DNA from: an uncultured Spirochaetota bacterium
GTDB taxonomy: Bacteria > Spirochaetota > Spirochaetia > SZUA-6 > Fen-1364
NCBI GenBank assembly: GCA_963734545.1
Contig: CAVTHO010000003.1
Span: 32,001 to 96,000 of the forward strand
Direction: 5' to 3'
DNA length: 64,000 bases
This document shows positions 33,236 through 43,206 of the stretch, in pieces (within the stretch, counting starts at the first letter, position 1; each line of letters starts with the position of its first letter). The notes under the pieces were generated by a model. It saw only the letters and a list, made by a program, of their open reading frames with translations. It ran no database searches and was not told where the DNA came from. The position numbers and the translations under genes were made by a program.

Positions 33236-34516
33236 CTACGAGCGGTAGTCCGCGTTTTCTTTCACGTAGTCATACGACAGGTCTGACCCGATCACCTCGA
33301 CCTGGGTGGACGATCCGTCCAGCGCGACCTCGATGTCCACGGTCCTGTCGTGCTGCGGCCACGGCACGCGTTTCGTGTCGAGGGCCCGCCCCCGCAGATA
33401 GGCAGACAGCCGCTCTTCCTTCTCGGCGTCCAGCAGGAAGCAGCCTCCCGCAAAGATCTCCTCTCCCCCCATGCGCACCGTCACCCGGCGGTTGTCCAGC
33501 GCTTCGCCCGCGTTCCCAAGGTAGTCCCCGATTGCGGAGACGATCCGGCCCACGTTCGGATCGTTTCCGAATATCGCCGTTTTCACCAGGGGGGAATTCG
33601 CGATTGCGCGCGCGACTCCCAGGGCCGTGGATTCATCCCGTGCCTTTCCGACCCCGACCTTCAGCACGTGGCCAATGCCTTCGCCGTTTCTCACGATGTC
33701 GAATGCCAGCCCCGCGAGAACCGCGCGCAGCCCTTCCCGAAACTCGGCGCGGTCCGCCGGCCCCCGGCGCCCCGATGACAGCAGGATGGCCGTGTCACTC
33801 GTGCTCTGGTCACCGTCGATCGATATACGGTTCAGGGTCCTCTCGACGCACCATGCAAGATCCTCCCGCAGGCGTTCCCGCTCGACGGCGAGATCCGTGC
33901 ACAGGAAACACAGGAGCGTGGCCATGTTGGGCTCGATCATGCCCGCCCCCTTCGCGATCCCCACGATGCTCCCGCGGCCTGCCGTTGCCCGGCGCACCTT
34001 GGGAAACGCGTCCGTTGTCATGATGGCGCGGGCAACCGGGAGAATGGAAGAGGACTCCAGTCCGGACACGAGAGCAGGCAGAGATTCACCCATCTCGCGC
34101 ACGGGAAGCTCCCATCCGATGATGCCCGTGGAAGCGATGAAGAAGCTCTCTTCCGACGCGCCCAGGAGGCCGCCCAGCGTGCCGAGGAGCCCGCGGGCGT
34201 CTTCATACCCGTTCCGGGTGCACACGTTGGAGATCTTGTTGTTGACGAGCACGCCGCGCACGGTCGGCCGCAGGAGCCGTTCCCTGCCGATGAGCACCGG
34301 TGCTCCCGGAAACCTGTTGCGCGTGAACACCGCGCCGAAATCAGGAGTCTCCTTGTCCAGAAGAATGAGGGAGAGATTCATCCGCAGGGGATCCCGCGTC
34401 CTGCGCTCGCGGGGCGAAAACCGGATCTCCCGCGCGGCGCATCGGAAGCCGTCGGGAAGCACGGAACGCGCCTCCAGCTGGCGCAGGTAGGCGGACTCGG
34501 AGTCGTAGGTTTCCAC
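33236..34516 (-). CDS. argJ: ornithine acetyltransferase / N-acetylglutamate synthase
   Basis: STGIIG, IMTTD, KGAGMIEPNMATLL (autocleavage Thr), DGDQSTSD, SPLVKTAIFG; probable GTG start at 34516. Confidence 0.92.
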   Translation of the reverse strand: METYDSESAYLRQLEARSVLPDGFRCAAREIRFSPRERRTRDPLRMNLSLILLDKETPDFGAVFTRNRFPGAPVLIGRERLLRPTVRGVLVNNKISNVCTRNGYEDARGLLGTLGGLLGASEESFFIASTGIIGWELPVREMGESLPALVSGLESSSILPVARAIMTTDAFPKVRRATAGRGSIVGIAKGAGMIEPNMATLLCFLCTDLAVERERLREDLAWCVERTLNRISIDGDQSTSDTAILLSSGRRGPADRAEFREGLRAVLAGLAFDIVRNGEGIGHVLKVGVGKARDESTALGVARAIANSPLVKTAIFGNDPNVGRIVSAIGDYLGNAGEALDNRRVTVRMGGEEIFAGGCFLLDAEKEERLSAYLRGRALDTKRVPWPQHDRTVDIEVALDGSSTQVEVIGSDLSYDYVKENADYRS

Positions 34517-34530
34517 GAGTGTTCTTATAC

Positions 34531-35569
34531 CTAGTGCGCGTCCAGTGATGACAAGCAGGGGCAGGTGGTCGGAGTAGCCGCGTCCGGCGCCGAGCCCCGT
34601 CCACCTCTTCGGCACGCCTTCCGCGGACAGGAGAAAGGGGAACCGGACAGGCCCGAAGCTCCCCCATCGATAGGAGAAGCCGCGGGAATCAAAAAGTCCG
34701 GCGGAAAGCAGAATGTGATCTACCGTCAGCCATTCGCCCTGGTAGGCGTAGGAGCCCCGCCGCGCCGGCGCAATCTCGAACCATGGGTCATACAGCACCA
34801 GGCGGTCCCCCGTCGCGCCCAGGGCGCGCGTGTTCCCCGAGAGGAAAATGCTTTGCCCCGTGTACTTCTGCGGGGTCGTTTCACCGGCCGGTATGAGCGC
34901 TGTCTGGTATTTCCTTCCGGTGCGCACGTACTCGTCCGCGCTCTCGTTCATGTCCCCCGCAACGAGGATGTCGGCAGATGGATCCTGGGCAAGGATCTCC
35001 CGCACTCTCCGGGCGAGCACCGCGGCCGACTGCAGGCGTGACTCCTCGGTTGCCCTGACTCCTCCGGTCTTTGCCTTCCAGTGATTGTCGAAAACGTACA
35101 GTGTGTGTCCGCCGTACGCTATCTTTGCCTCGATGATGTCGCGCACCGGTGTGCTCTGCTTCCACGGACCCACGGCAAGCGCATGCACGTCTGAAACCGG
35201 GAACCTGCTCAGGATGGCGACGTTCGCCGCGAGATCCTTCTTGGGGACCAGCACCCGCCACGTGTAGCCCATGCCGCCGAGGCCTTCCTCCGCGAGTGTC
35301 TCCAAAGCGTGCTCGTTCTCGATCTCCTGCAGGAGGAGGATGTCGGGGCCTCCGGGCACCGCCTTGCGAACGACCTCCGCGATCGACTCTATGCGCACCA
35401 TGAAGAACTCGGCATTCCACGCTCCGCGGCCAGGGTCGAACTCTCTGTACTCGGTCCCGTTGTCCACGTCGTCGAAGAGGTTTTCCACATTGTAGCTCAT
35501 GACGGTGAGCCCCGAGGCGGCGGCGGCGAGACACACCGCGAGCAGGAAAGCGGCAAAAGCCTTTTTCAT
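34531..35569 (-). CDS. exported endonuclease/exonuclease/phosphatase family protein
   Basis: Signal peptide, YNVENLFD, QEIE, GDMN, DHIL, YSDHLP; an extra base near 34547 hides the stop at 34531. Confidence 0.88.
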
Positions 35570-35577
35570 GGGGACGG

Positions 35578-36550
35578 TCAGCGCGCGACGGGGCCGGCAG
35601 TGGGGCGGGCCAGCCGCGCCGCTACGAGCGCCGCTTCCGCCTCGGCGCCCAGTGCGCGCGGGGAGAACTCCCGGCGCGTGATGGTTTCCCAGGCCGTGAC
35701 GTATTTCCAGGCCACCTGCACACGTACGTCATCCGGTATGTCGGGGGGCGCGCCCTCTCCGCTCCAGCCGCGGGCAAGCAGCCACTGCCGAAGGTATTCC
35801 TTGTCCAGCTCCCGCTGCGGTTTTTCTTCCCGGAAGAGCTGTTCCCACGTGTCCGCGAACCAGTAGCGGCTGGAGTCAGGGGTATGCACCTCATCCACGA
35901 GGGTGAGGTGTCCTTCATGAAGGCCGAACTCGTACTTGGTGTCCACGAGGATGAGACCGCTGCGGGCCGCAATCTCTGTGCCGCGCTGGAACAGGGCCAG
36001 GGAGGTCTCTTCGATGCGCTCCCACAGACGTCTCTCCACCTTGCCGGTGGAGACGATCTGTTCCCGCGAGATGGGGCGGTCGTGCAGGCCCTTCTCTTCC
36101 TTGGTCGAGGGAGTGAGGAGGGGAGAGTCGAAGCGCTGGTTGATCCGCATTCCGCGGGGAAGCGTGATGCCGGAGACAGGAGAACCCCGCTGGTAGTCCC
36201 GCCACGCCGACCCTGTCAGATAGCCGCGGACCACGACCTCGATGGGCACCACTTTGCACTTGACCGCCCGAACCGTGCGGGCGGAGATTTCCTCTCGGAT
36301 ATGATTGGCGATGATGTCCGATGTGGAGCGTGAACCAGAACAGAGAGAGGGTATTGAGGACCTCTCCCTTGCAGGGGATGGTGGTAAGGACCCGGTCGAA
36401 AGCGGAAATCCTGTCCGTGGTGGTGATCAGGACTTCACCGCCAAGATCGACTACGTCACGCACCTTGCCGTGACTCAACGGAGCATCTGCGGGGAGGTCG
36501 AGGCGCTCCACGCACGAGCCAAGGAGGCCCGGCAGCTCCGCCTGGCGCAC
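35578..36550 (-). CDS. purC: SAICAR synthetase (frameshift near 36325)
   Basis: [44 protein letters not shown]. Confidence 0.95.
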
Positions 36551-36552
36551 GG

Positions 36553-37144
36553 CTACAGCTCGTCCCGCGTCTTGATGACCTTGGAGAGCAGGCCGTAGGA
36601 GACGGCCTCTTCCGCGTTCATCCAGTAGTCCCTGTCCGTGTCCTTGCTCCACCTTTTCCAGCGGCTGTCCCGTCTCTTCAGCGATCAGTCGATTGATCTT
36701 GGCGCGCAGCTTCTCGATCTCCTTGGCGTGAATCTCGATCTCCGTTGCCACGCCGCGCGTGCCGCTCATGGGCTGGTGGATGAGGTAGTGCGAGTTGGGC
36801 AGGCCGACGCGCCGCTCCCGCGGTGCGGCGAGCATGATGATGGCTGCCGCGCTGGCCACCAGGCCCATTCCGATCATGGTGATCTGGGGCTTCACGAAAC
36901 GCATCATGTCGAAAATGGCGTACCCCGCATCCGCGTCCCCGCCGGGGGAGTCGATGTATACCTTGATCGGATCCTTGCTCTCCTCTTCCAGGAGGATGAG
37001 GGAGCGAATGACCCTCTCCGCGAGCTGCTTGTTGATCTCCCCGGAAACAAGGACGGTGCGGGACTTGAGCATGCGGTTGAAGAGCATGCCCTCATCCGCG
37101 CGGGGACCGTTTTCCTGTTCGACTGGCTTGTCCTGCATGTTCAT
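36553..37144 (-). CDS. clpP: ATP-dependent Clp protease proteolytic subunit (frameshift near 36647)
   Basis: YIDSPGG, ASAAA (Ser), HQP (His), RDYW (Asp). Confidence 0.92.
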
Positions 37145-37154
37145 ACTGATCATT

Positions 37155-37183
37155 ACAATAAGGAATTTCGCGTTGCTTGACAA
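37155..37183 (-). promoter_or_regulatory. sigma70 promoter of clpP-purC
   Basis: TTGTCA-17bp-TATTGT on minus strand. Confidence 0.55.
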
Positions 37184-37202
37184 CGCCGTGATTCCGTAGC
37201 CC

Positions 37203-37225
37203 TTCCGCGGTACGCCGCGGAGTTG
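37203..37225 (-). repeat. REP-like hairpin copy
   Basis: CAACTCCGCGG-CGTA-CCGCGGAA; same architecture as the 24106 and 43088 copies with a compensatory pair change. Confidence 0.6.
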
Positions 37226-37288
37226 GATGGCGAGGGCGAGCGAGTGCAGGGATGCACGAAAGCGAGCCCGCGGCCGGCGCCCGCGGAC

Positions 37289-37318
37289 AAAAAAGGCCGG
37301 GGCATCTCTGCCCCGGCC
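37289..37318 (-). terminator. intrinsic terminator
   Basis: GGCCGGGGCA-GAGA-TGCCCCGGCC followed by T6 on minus strand. Confidence 0.9.
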
Positions 37319-37382
37319 ACCCGTCAATCTTCCGTCCTCCAATTGGTACTGGAGGTTGTGGGGCGGAAGCCTCCCAAATGCA
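37289..37382 (-). ncRNA. candidate orphan small RNA (~94 nt)
   Basis: Bounded by a consensus promoter and a terminator; nested stems CTTCCG/CGGAAG and CCTCCA/TGGAGG; no credible ORF. Confidence 0.55.
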
Positions 37383-37388
37383 GCGCTC

Positions 37389-37416
37389 ATTATACATGGC
37401 ATTCCCGGGATGTCAA
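37389..37416 (-). promoter_or_regulatory. consensus sigma70 promoter
   Basis: TTGACA-16bp-TATAAT on minus strand. Confidence 0.8.
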
Positions 37417-37692
37417 CGAAAAAGCCTTTCCTGCTGCGCGCGTGTTGAAATTTTTCGGATGAATGGGGAATCGTCCGTATAGTGACGGCGAAAATTTTTT
37501 TGGCGTCAATGGCACGCGCCGCGCGAATGACGACAGGAGCGGCCGGGAGCGCGCGCCTGCGTGAAAACGCGCTCGGGAGTACCCATGCGTGCCCTGCCCG
37601 ACGCCCGTACCCGTTCGGCGCGAACGTCGTCTTGCGTTCCACACGCAAAACGCGCACAATGACTGCTCTCGTGCAGCAAAAGGAGGATCGCG

Positions 37693-38556
37693 ATGATGGC
37701 GCGGCTTGCCGTGATCGGCGGGAGTGGACTGTACGCGATGGAGGGGATCCAGGTGCGGGAAGAGCGCGAGGTGCCCACCCCATGGGGCCTCCCCTCTGAT
37801 CTGATCACGCTTGCCGACATTGGCGGCGAAACTGTGGCATTTCTCCCCCGACACGGGAAAGGACATCGGTACCTGCCTTCTGAAGTGCCCTCTCGCGCCA
37901 ACATGTGGGCATTGAAGTCCCTCGGGGTCGAGCAGATCCTGGCCGTGAGCGCGGTCGGCTCTCTCTCCGAGGAGTATGCCCCGGGGGAGTTCGTGCTCTG
38001 TGACAGCATCATCGATCGGACCTCCCGCCGCGTCTCGAGTTTCTTCGGCGAGGGGGTCGCCGGCCACGTTTCTTTCGCGCACCCGTTCTGTGACGACATG
38101 CGGCACGCCGTCAGCAAGGTCCTGGCAGCCCACTCTCATCCTCACCATCCATCGGGAACCTACGTCTGCATGGAGGGTCCACCCTTCTCCACGGCGGCCG
38201 AATCGCGCCTGCACAAGTCCTGGGGCGCCCACCTGATCGGCATGACGGTGGTTCCGGAGGCAAAGCTGGCACGCGAAGCGGAGATGTGCTACGCCACGGT
38301 TGCCACGGTGACCGATTTCGACTGCTGGAAGGAGAGCGGGGAGAACGTGAGCGTCGAGATGGTGCTCGCAACCATGAAGGGAAACACGAGTGCGTTCCAG
38401 CAGATGATCCCTGATATCATAGCCGCCCTCCGGAAGCGGGGCGATTGCGCGTGCCGACATGCCGCGCGGAACGCCATCATGACCGATCCCGCGCTCATCC
38501 CGTACGACACGCGGCGCAAGCTGGCCTTGTTCTACGCGCGGTACTGGAAAACGTGA
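37693..38556 (+). CDS. mtnP: S-methyl-5'-thioadenosine phosphorylase
   Basis: [47 protein letters not shown]; AGGAGG RBS. Confidence 0.92.
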   Translation: MMARLAVIGGSGLYAMEGIQVREEREVPTPWGLPSDLITLADIGGETVAFLPRHGKGHRYLPSEVPSRANMWALKSLGVEQILAVSAVGSLSEEYAPGEFVLCDSIIDRTSRRVSSFFGEGVAGHVSFAHPFCDDMRHAVSKVLAAHSHPHHPSGTYVCMEGPPFSTAAESRLHKSWGAHLIGMTVVPEAKLAREAEMCYATVATVTDFDCWKESGENVSVEMVLATMKGNTSAFQQMIPDIIAALRKRGDCACRHAARNAIMTDPALIPYDTRRKLALFYARYWKT

Positions 38557-39428
38557 AAGCGGCCGTCGTCGCGATTGTCGGGCGTCCCTCGTCGGGCAAA
38601 TCGACTCTCGTCAACGCGCTCTGCGGCGGAAAGGTTTCGATAGTCTCCCCGGTCCCCCAGACCACCCGCAATCGGGTCCGCGGCATCCTCACGACGGACG
38701 CGGGCCAGATCGTGTTCATCGACACACCCGGATTCCATCTCTCACAGAAGAAGCTCAACCGGTACATGAGCGATCTTGTCTCCTCGACCCTGGCGGAGGT
38801 GGACATCGCCCTGTATGTCGTGGACGGAACGCGCGCCTCCGGCGAAGAGGAGCGCGCGCTGCTCGAGGCTCTCCGCCGGGCGGGCCGGCCCGTGGTGGCG
38901 TGCCTCAACAAGTCGGACGCCGCGGGCCCTGTCTGGGCGTCCGTGCGGACGGACACTGCCGCGGCCCTTCCCGATGTCCCTGTTCTCGAAATCTCCGCCC
39001 TGGGCGGAACGGGCCTGGAGGCGCTTCGCGATCGGCTCTTTTCACTCGCCCCGGAAGGCGAGCAGATGTATCCCCCCGACTACTACACCGACCAGACGCC
39101 GGACTTCCGGGTCTCGGAGATCGTCCGGGAAAAGGCAATGCTGCAGACCCGTGAAGAGGTGCCGCACTCGCTGTACGTGCGCATGGAAGACCTGGAGATG
39201 CGGGATGACGGGGCGACCCTCTGGGCGCGCGGCTTCATCTGCGTCGAGCGGGAGTCGCAGAAGGGAATCCTGGTGGGGAGGGCGGGGGAGCGGATCAGGT
39301 CCATCGTGCGGGAGGCCGAGCAGGAGTTGTCCGAGATATTCCCTTACGCGGTGAAGCTCGACCTGCGCGTGCGGGTGGACCGTGAGTGGCGCAAAAGAGA
39401 TCCTTTGCTGAAGAAGATGATCAAATGA
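38553..39428 (+). CDS. era: GTPase Era
   Basis: GRPSSGKST, PQTTR, DTPG, NKSD, EVPH, SQKGILVG KH domain. Confidence 0.95.
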   Translation: MKAAVVAIVGRPSSGKSTLVNALCGGKVSIVSPVPQTTRNRVRGILTTDAGQIVFIDTPGFHLSQKKLNRYMSDLVSSTLAEVDIALYVVDGTRASGEEERALLEALRRAGRPVVACLNKSDAAGPVWASVRTDTAAALPDVPVLEISALGGTGLEALRDRLFSLAPEGEQMYPPDYYTDQTPDFRVSEIVREKAMLQTREEVPHSLYVRMEDLEMRDDGATLWARGFICVERESQKGILVGRAGERIRSIVREAEQELSEIFPYAVKLDLRVRVDREWRKRDPLLKKMIK

Positions 39429-39479
39429 AATCTCGCAGAGTACCATGCGAAACAAATCGCACCGGGTAGTGCGCGAGGC

Positions 39480-41336
39480 CTAATTCTTTTCCTGGACGAC
39501 GAGCAGCTGCGCGATTACCAGGGCACCCTTCCCGTCGATGGGGTTCTTGAACTTCAGCATGAGCCCCGCGTCATCCCGGGCAGGCCGGGGGAGAGCCACG
39601 GGTTTCTCTGTTCCACTCGATGGCACCACGATTGACATCCCATCCGCCCCGATCTTGAGCCTGAATCCCGCCGCATCGGCGGTCAGGGGAATCTGCAGGG
39701 GTGCCGTCGAGGCGCCTTCCCACTGGACCTCGAGGGTGGCCGTGCGGGCCGAATCCGGGGAAAGATCAGCAGCCACGCTGATGGATGAGCCCCCCGGGGT
39801 CAGGTGCGGAAGATCGAGCGCCGCGCCTGCCGCCAGCGTAAGGGACCCGGCGCCCACGCCGCCGTCTCCTTCCACCGTGAGTCCTCGCGACAGGTACAGA
39901 CCGTCGAAACCGTCCGCCAGCAGCAGGCTGTTCCCGTACTTGAGCGACTGCGCCCTGAAATACAGGTCCGGGTCGGGGGAGGGCCGTTCCTCCGCGTCAC
40001 GATAGTAGATGCCGAACTCGTCCACCGTGCCCTTGAATCCCGTCGCCCCGCCGATCGTGATGGCGCCGTTCTGGTTGGCGGCGGTGAGCCTGTATGAAGC
40101 GCTCATGGCAGACACCTGCACGCCGTCGAGGAACCACTGCGCCGTGAGGCTCGCGCTCTGCGGCACGATGCTCAGGGAGAGCAGGTAGCGCTGGCTCTGT
40201 GCAAGAGCGGGGCCTGCCCACGGGATGGTGAGCGCCGGGGCGCTGCCCGAGGTTATCAACGCCTGCGGGGTCCCTGTTGCCGGATCCATCGTGATCACGA
40301 GAGAGAAGCTGCCGTCACCTGCGGAGGCGGCCAGGATCGAGCGCGCGCCGGCCAGATCCTCGAAGCTCACACCGAGGTTTGCAGTGAACGGCTTCACCGC
40401 GCCATTGTCGATCGGCAGCGCCAGCCACGGAACCTGGATTCCGGAAACGCCGTCCAGCTTGTAGCCGAAGCCGTCCTCCAGGGAAACCACCAGCGGCGCT
40501 CCGATGGCAACCGCGGCTGATTTCCCCGCCTTCTTCGCGCCGGTCCCCGCGTCCGAGAGATCGGCCTGCAGGTGCAGGAGGGTAAGGTAGGACGACTCGG
40601 GTCCGAAGTCGCTCCCCTCGAACACTTTTCCGCCCGTGACGAAGATATCCGTGGACAGCAGGAGCGATGACATAAACGGGAAGTCAGAGTCTGCCGGCGG
40701 GGAGCTCGGGAAGAGCTCCAGAGTGATCGTATATACGCCCTGGTCGGAGGGCGCCACCCAGAGGATCTGTCCGAAACCCTTGCTGAGGGTGCCCCGCGCG
40801 ATCACTTTCCCTTTCCATGACCAGCGAAGGTAGGGATCGAAGCCGGACGGGATCTCCAGCTCCGCCTTCAGCATGACGCTGGCCGTGGTCGTGATGACCG
40901 GTGGAAAGCTTTTTATACCGGCGATTCTCCACCCGTCCTTGACGACGAAAAAGGACGCTGATTTCTTCTGCGCGAGCTCGCCTGAGGAATACAACACGAA
41001 GTCCATGCGATACTGGCCGACCGCCAGGTCCGTGGGGAGAGTGATCGGAGTCTGCTCATTCAGGGTCGCGGCAGAGCGGTTGTGCCAGACGCTTGCGCCG
41101 CTCGCGGAGGTGAGGGTCACCTCGATCTCCACGTCTCGGCTTTTTGCCGTGTCGCGGGCCGAGATCAGAAGCGGAACGGAGTTCCCCTGCGCGAGCACCT
41201 GGCCGTCTACGATAGAAGAAATCTGCAGATCCGATGTCTCTGTCTTGAGGGACATGAACAAAGACGAATCCCCACACGCCGCAAGGAATGCGAGAATCGA
41301 GACGAGAAGCAGGTTTTGGCCGAGTCTACAGGCCAT
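39480..41336 (-). CDS. large lipoprotein with Ig-like and LamG/ConA-like regions
   Basis: Lipobox LAAC; WFLDG..ITIGG..FKGTVDEFGIY. Confidence 0.7.
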   Translation of the reverse strand: MACRLGQNLLLVSILAFLAACGDSSLFMSLKTETSDLQISSIVDGQVLAQGNSVPLLISARDTAKSRDVEIEVTLTSASGASVWHNRSAATLNEQTPITLPTDLAVGQYRMDFVLYSSGELAQKKSASFFVVKDGWRIAGIKSFPPVITTTASVMLKAELEIPSGFDPYLRWSWKGKVIARGTLSKGFGQILWVAPSDQGVYTITLELFPSSPPADSDFPFMSSLLLSTDIFVTGGKVFEGSDFGPESSYLTLLHLQADLSDAGTGAKKAGKSAAVAIGAPLVVSLEDGFGYKLDGVSGIQVPWLALPIDNGAVKPFTANLGVSFEDLAGARSILAASAGDGSFSLVITMDPATGTPQALITSGSAPALTIPWAGPALAQSQRYLLSLSIVPQSASLTAQWFLDGVQVSAMSASYRLTAANQNGAITIGGATGFKGTVDEFGIYYRDAEERPSPDPDLYFRAQSLKYGNSLLLADGFDGLYLSRGLTVEGDGGVGAGSLTLAAGAALDLPHLTPGGSSISVAADLSPDSARTATLEVQWEGASTAPLQIPLTADAAGFRLKIGADGMSIVVPSSGTEKPVALPRPARDDAGLMLKFKNPIDGKGALVIAQLLVVQEKN

Positions 41337-41395
41337 TTTGACTAAAATATATCACGATGGGGGGCGAAATCAAGCCCCCATTTTGATAAATCGCG

Positions 41396-41710
41396 TTACG
41401 TTCGTTCCCTGATGTGAATCACCTCGATTTCAACATCCCCCCTTGCATACGTCTGGCAGGCGAGCCGGATATCCGGACCTGCCGGCTCCCCCTGGCCAGC
41501 GAGCTCCGTCAGTCGCCGCGTCTCCGGCTCGCGCCGCGGGCTCAAAAACTTGGCACCGGCGCGAATCCTGATCAGGTCCCTGCCGCACAGGGCCCGTCCA
41601 CCGCAGATGGTCTGGATGGGGAAGCCGTTCTTCAGGAGCGTGTTGAGGATCGAAGTGGTGAGGTTTGTCTGGTAGGCCTTCCCGAAGCCGTGAATGCGGA
41701 TGGTCGGCAT
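41396..41710 (-). CDS. 2Fe-2S ferredoxin-like protein
   Basis: CGGRALCGRD..RLACQ; probable start MPTIRI. Confidence 0.8.
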   Translation of the reverse strand: MPTIRIHGFGKAYQTNLTTSILNTLLKNGFPIQTICGGRALCGRDLIRIRAGAKFLSPRREPETRRLTELAGQGEPAGPDIRLACQTYARGDVEIEVIHIRERT

Positions 41711-41718
41711 TGCGCGCG

Positions 41719-42393
41719 CTATATATCGCGAGAGTCGCACAGGGCCCGCACGGGGCATCTCTCGTGATCGGGCTTGCGGGCCCCGCAGCATCTGCGGCCA
41801 TGGAAGGTGACGGCATGGGAGAACGCTGTCCAGTCCTTTTCCGGAATGAGGGCCTGCAGCTCCCGCTCGATCTCGTCGGGATCCCCGCTGGCGGCGAGTC
41901 CCAGCCTCTGTGCCACGCGCCGCACATGGGTATCCACGACGATCGAGGGGACGCTGAAGCAGGTGCCCAGTATGACATTTGCGGTCTTCCTGCCGACCCC
42001 GGGAAGGGCGAGCAGGTCCTCCATCCGGTCAGGAAACCGGTCCGGGAAGTCCCGGGCCAGGCCCTCGGATGCCCCCCGGATGCTCTTGGCCTTGTTGTGA
42101 AAGAAGCCGGTCGACCGTATGATCCCTTCCAGCTCGGCGATATCCGCCTGGGCCATGGCTTTTGGAGTGGGAAACCTGGCGAACAGCGAGGGTGTCACCA
42201 TGTTGACCCGCTCGTCGGTGCACTGCGCGGCAAGTATCGTGGCCACCAGAAGCTGAAAGGGATTCTCGTGATCCAGCATGCAGTGGGCATCGGGATATTC
42301 GGCAATCAGAAGCCGGGCGATCTTTTTCGCGCGCGCCGCCTTCTGCCGCGGATCTTCCTCCCCGGCAGAGGGCGTCTTCGTCTTTTTCTTCAT
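41719..42393 (-). CDS. nth: endonuclease III
   Basis: LAAQCTDERVN, HhH LPGVGRKTANV, VDTHV. Confidence 0.95.
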   Translation of the reverse strand: MKKKTKTPSAGEEDPRQKAARAKKIARLLIAEYPDAHCMLDHENPFQLLVATILAAQCTDERVNMVTPSLFARFPTPKAMAQADIAELEGIIRSTGFFHNKAKSIRGASEGLARDFPDRFPDRMEDLLALPGVGRKTANVILGTCFSVPSIVVDTHVRRVAQRLGLAASGDPDEIERELQALIPEKDWTAFSHAVTFHGRRCCGARKPDHERCPVRALCDSRDI

Positions 42394-42483
42394 GGCGGTT
42401 CAAATTACGCCGGGACCTGGGAAAAGTCGAGTGTCGGACCGGCGGCGCTTTACTTCTGCCTGTGCCGTGCTTATATCTGAAGC

Positions 42484-42945
42484 ATGTTCCACGCCCTCTA
42501 CCAGTTCCTTGGACGGCTTGGGTACACTCACCCCCTCCACCCCATGGTCACGCACATCACGGTCGGGCTCACCCTCGGCACGCTGGTGTTCGCCATAGTG
42601 TCTCTGCTCTTCCGCCGCGTCCGGCTGAAGCTCACCGCCTGGCACTGCGCGGTCCTGGCTGTCGTGAGCGTGGTACCGACGGTGCTCCTCGGTTTGATGG
42701 ACTGGCAGGAGAAGCTCAACGGCGAATGGCTGACTCCGATCGTGATCAAGATGATCCTCGCGGGGTCGCTCTTCGTGTGTCTCCTGGTCGGTCTGCTCCT
42801 GGGCAGGGAGCGCCCGGATGAGCAGAAGGAAGCATCGGGCCGGCCGTGGCGAAGCCCCCGTGCCATCGCCGCGCTCGTGCTCTACGGGGTGTGCGCCTGC
42901 ATCGTCATCGCCCTGGGCTTCTATGGGGGCAGCCTCGTGTACTGA
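42484..42945 (+). CDS. DUF2231-like membrane protein
   Basis: HPLHPMVTH N-terminus, 4 TM segments, GFYGGSLVY C-terminus. Confidence 0.75.
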   Translation: MFHALYQFLGRLGYTHPLHPMVTHITVGLTLGTLVFAIVSLLFRRVRLKLTAWHCAVLAVVSVVPTVLLGLMDWQEKLNGEWLTPIVIKMILAGSLFVCLLVGLLLGRERPDEQKEASGRPWRSPRAIAALVLYGVCACIVIALGFYGGSLVY

Positions 42946-42973
42946 AAGTGCCCCTTGACAAAGGGGGCCAGTG

Positions 42974-43006
42974 TGCATTTCGATACGATGTATTAATAAA
43001 GATGCA
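42974..43006. promoter_or_regulatory. possible tandem ARG boxes
   Basis: TGCAT-TTCG-ATACG and TTAAT-AAAG-ATGCA upstream of argR; spacing slightly short. Confidence 0.35.
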
Positions 43007-43087
43007 GCAGGGCGGCATGAAAGACCATTCCACAGGCATCGTTCCGTCCGGGCTCGTCGCAGGCTCCATCGCCAGGTGAGGGGACGA

Positions 43088-43195
43088 GAAACAAATCCAC
43101 CGAATACGGTGGCGGAAACAAATCCACCGAATACGGTGGCGGAAACAAATCCACCGAATACGGTGGCGGAAACAAATCCACCGAATACGGTGGCG
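43088..43195 (+). repeat. perfect tandem array of 4 x 27 bp palindromic units
   Basis: GAAACAAATCCACCGAATACGGTGGCG x4; hairpin CCACCG-AATA-CGGTGG. Confidence 0.97.
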
Positions 43196-43206
43196 GGAGG
43201 TCCGAT

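Noticed and set aside
33236-35569. 777 aa nuclease-ArgJ fusion ORF
   Set aside because: One extra base near 34547 bypasses a TAG at 34531; an exported nuclease fused to cytoplasmic ArgJ is implausible and the window is full of similar indels
35915-37783. 622 aa ORF spanning clpP
   Set aside because: Composite of an open high-GC intergenic frame, real clpP and frameshift read-through; it crosses a terminator and promoters
43088-43195. CRISPR array
   Set aside because: Units are head-to-tail with no spacers and there are no cas genes
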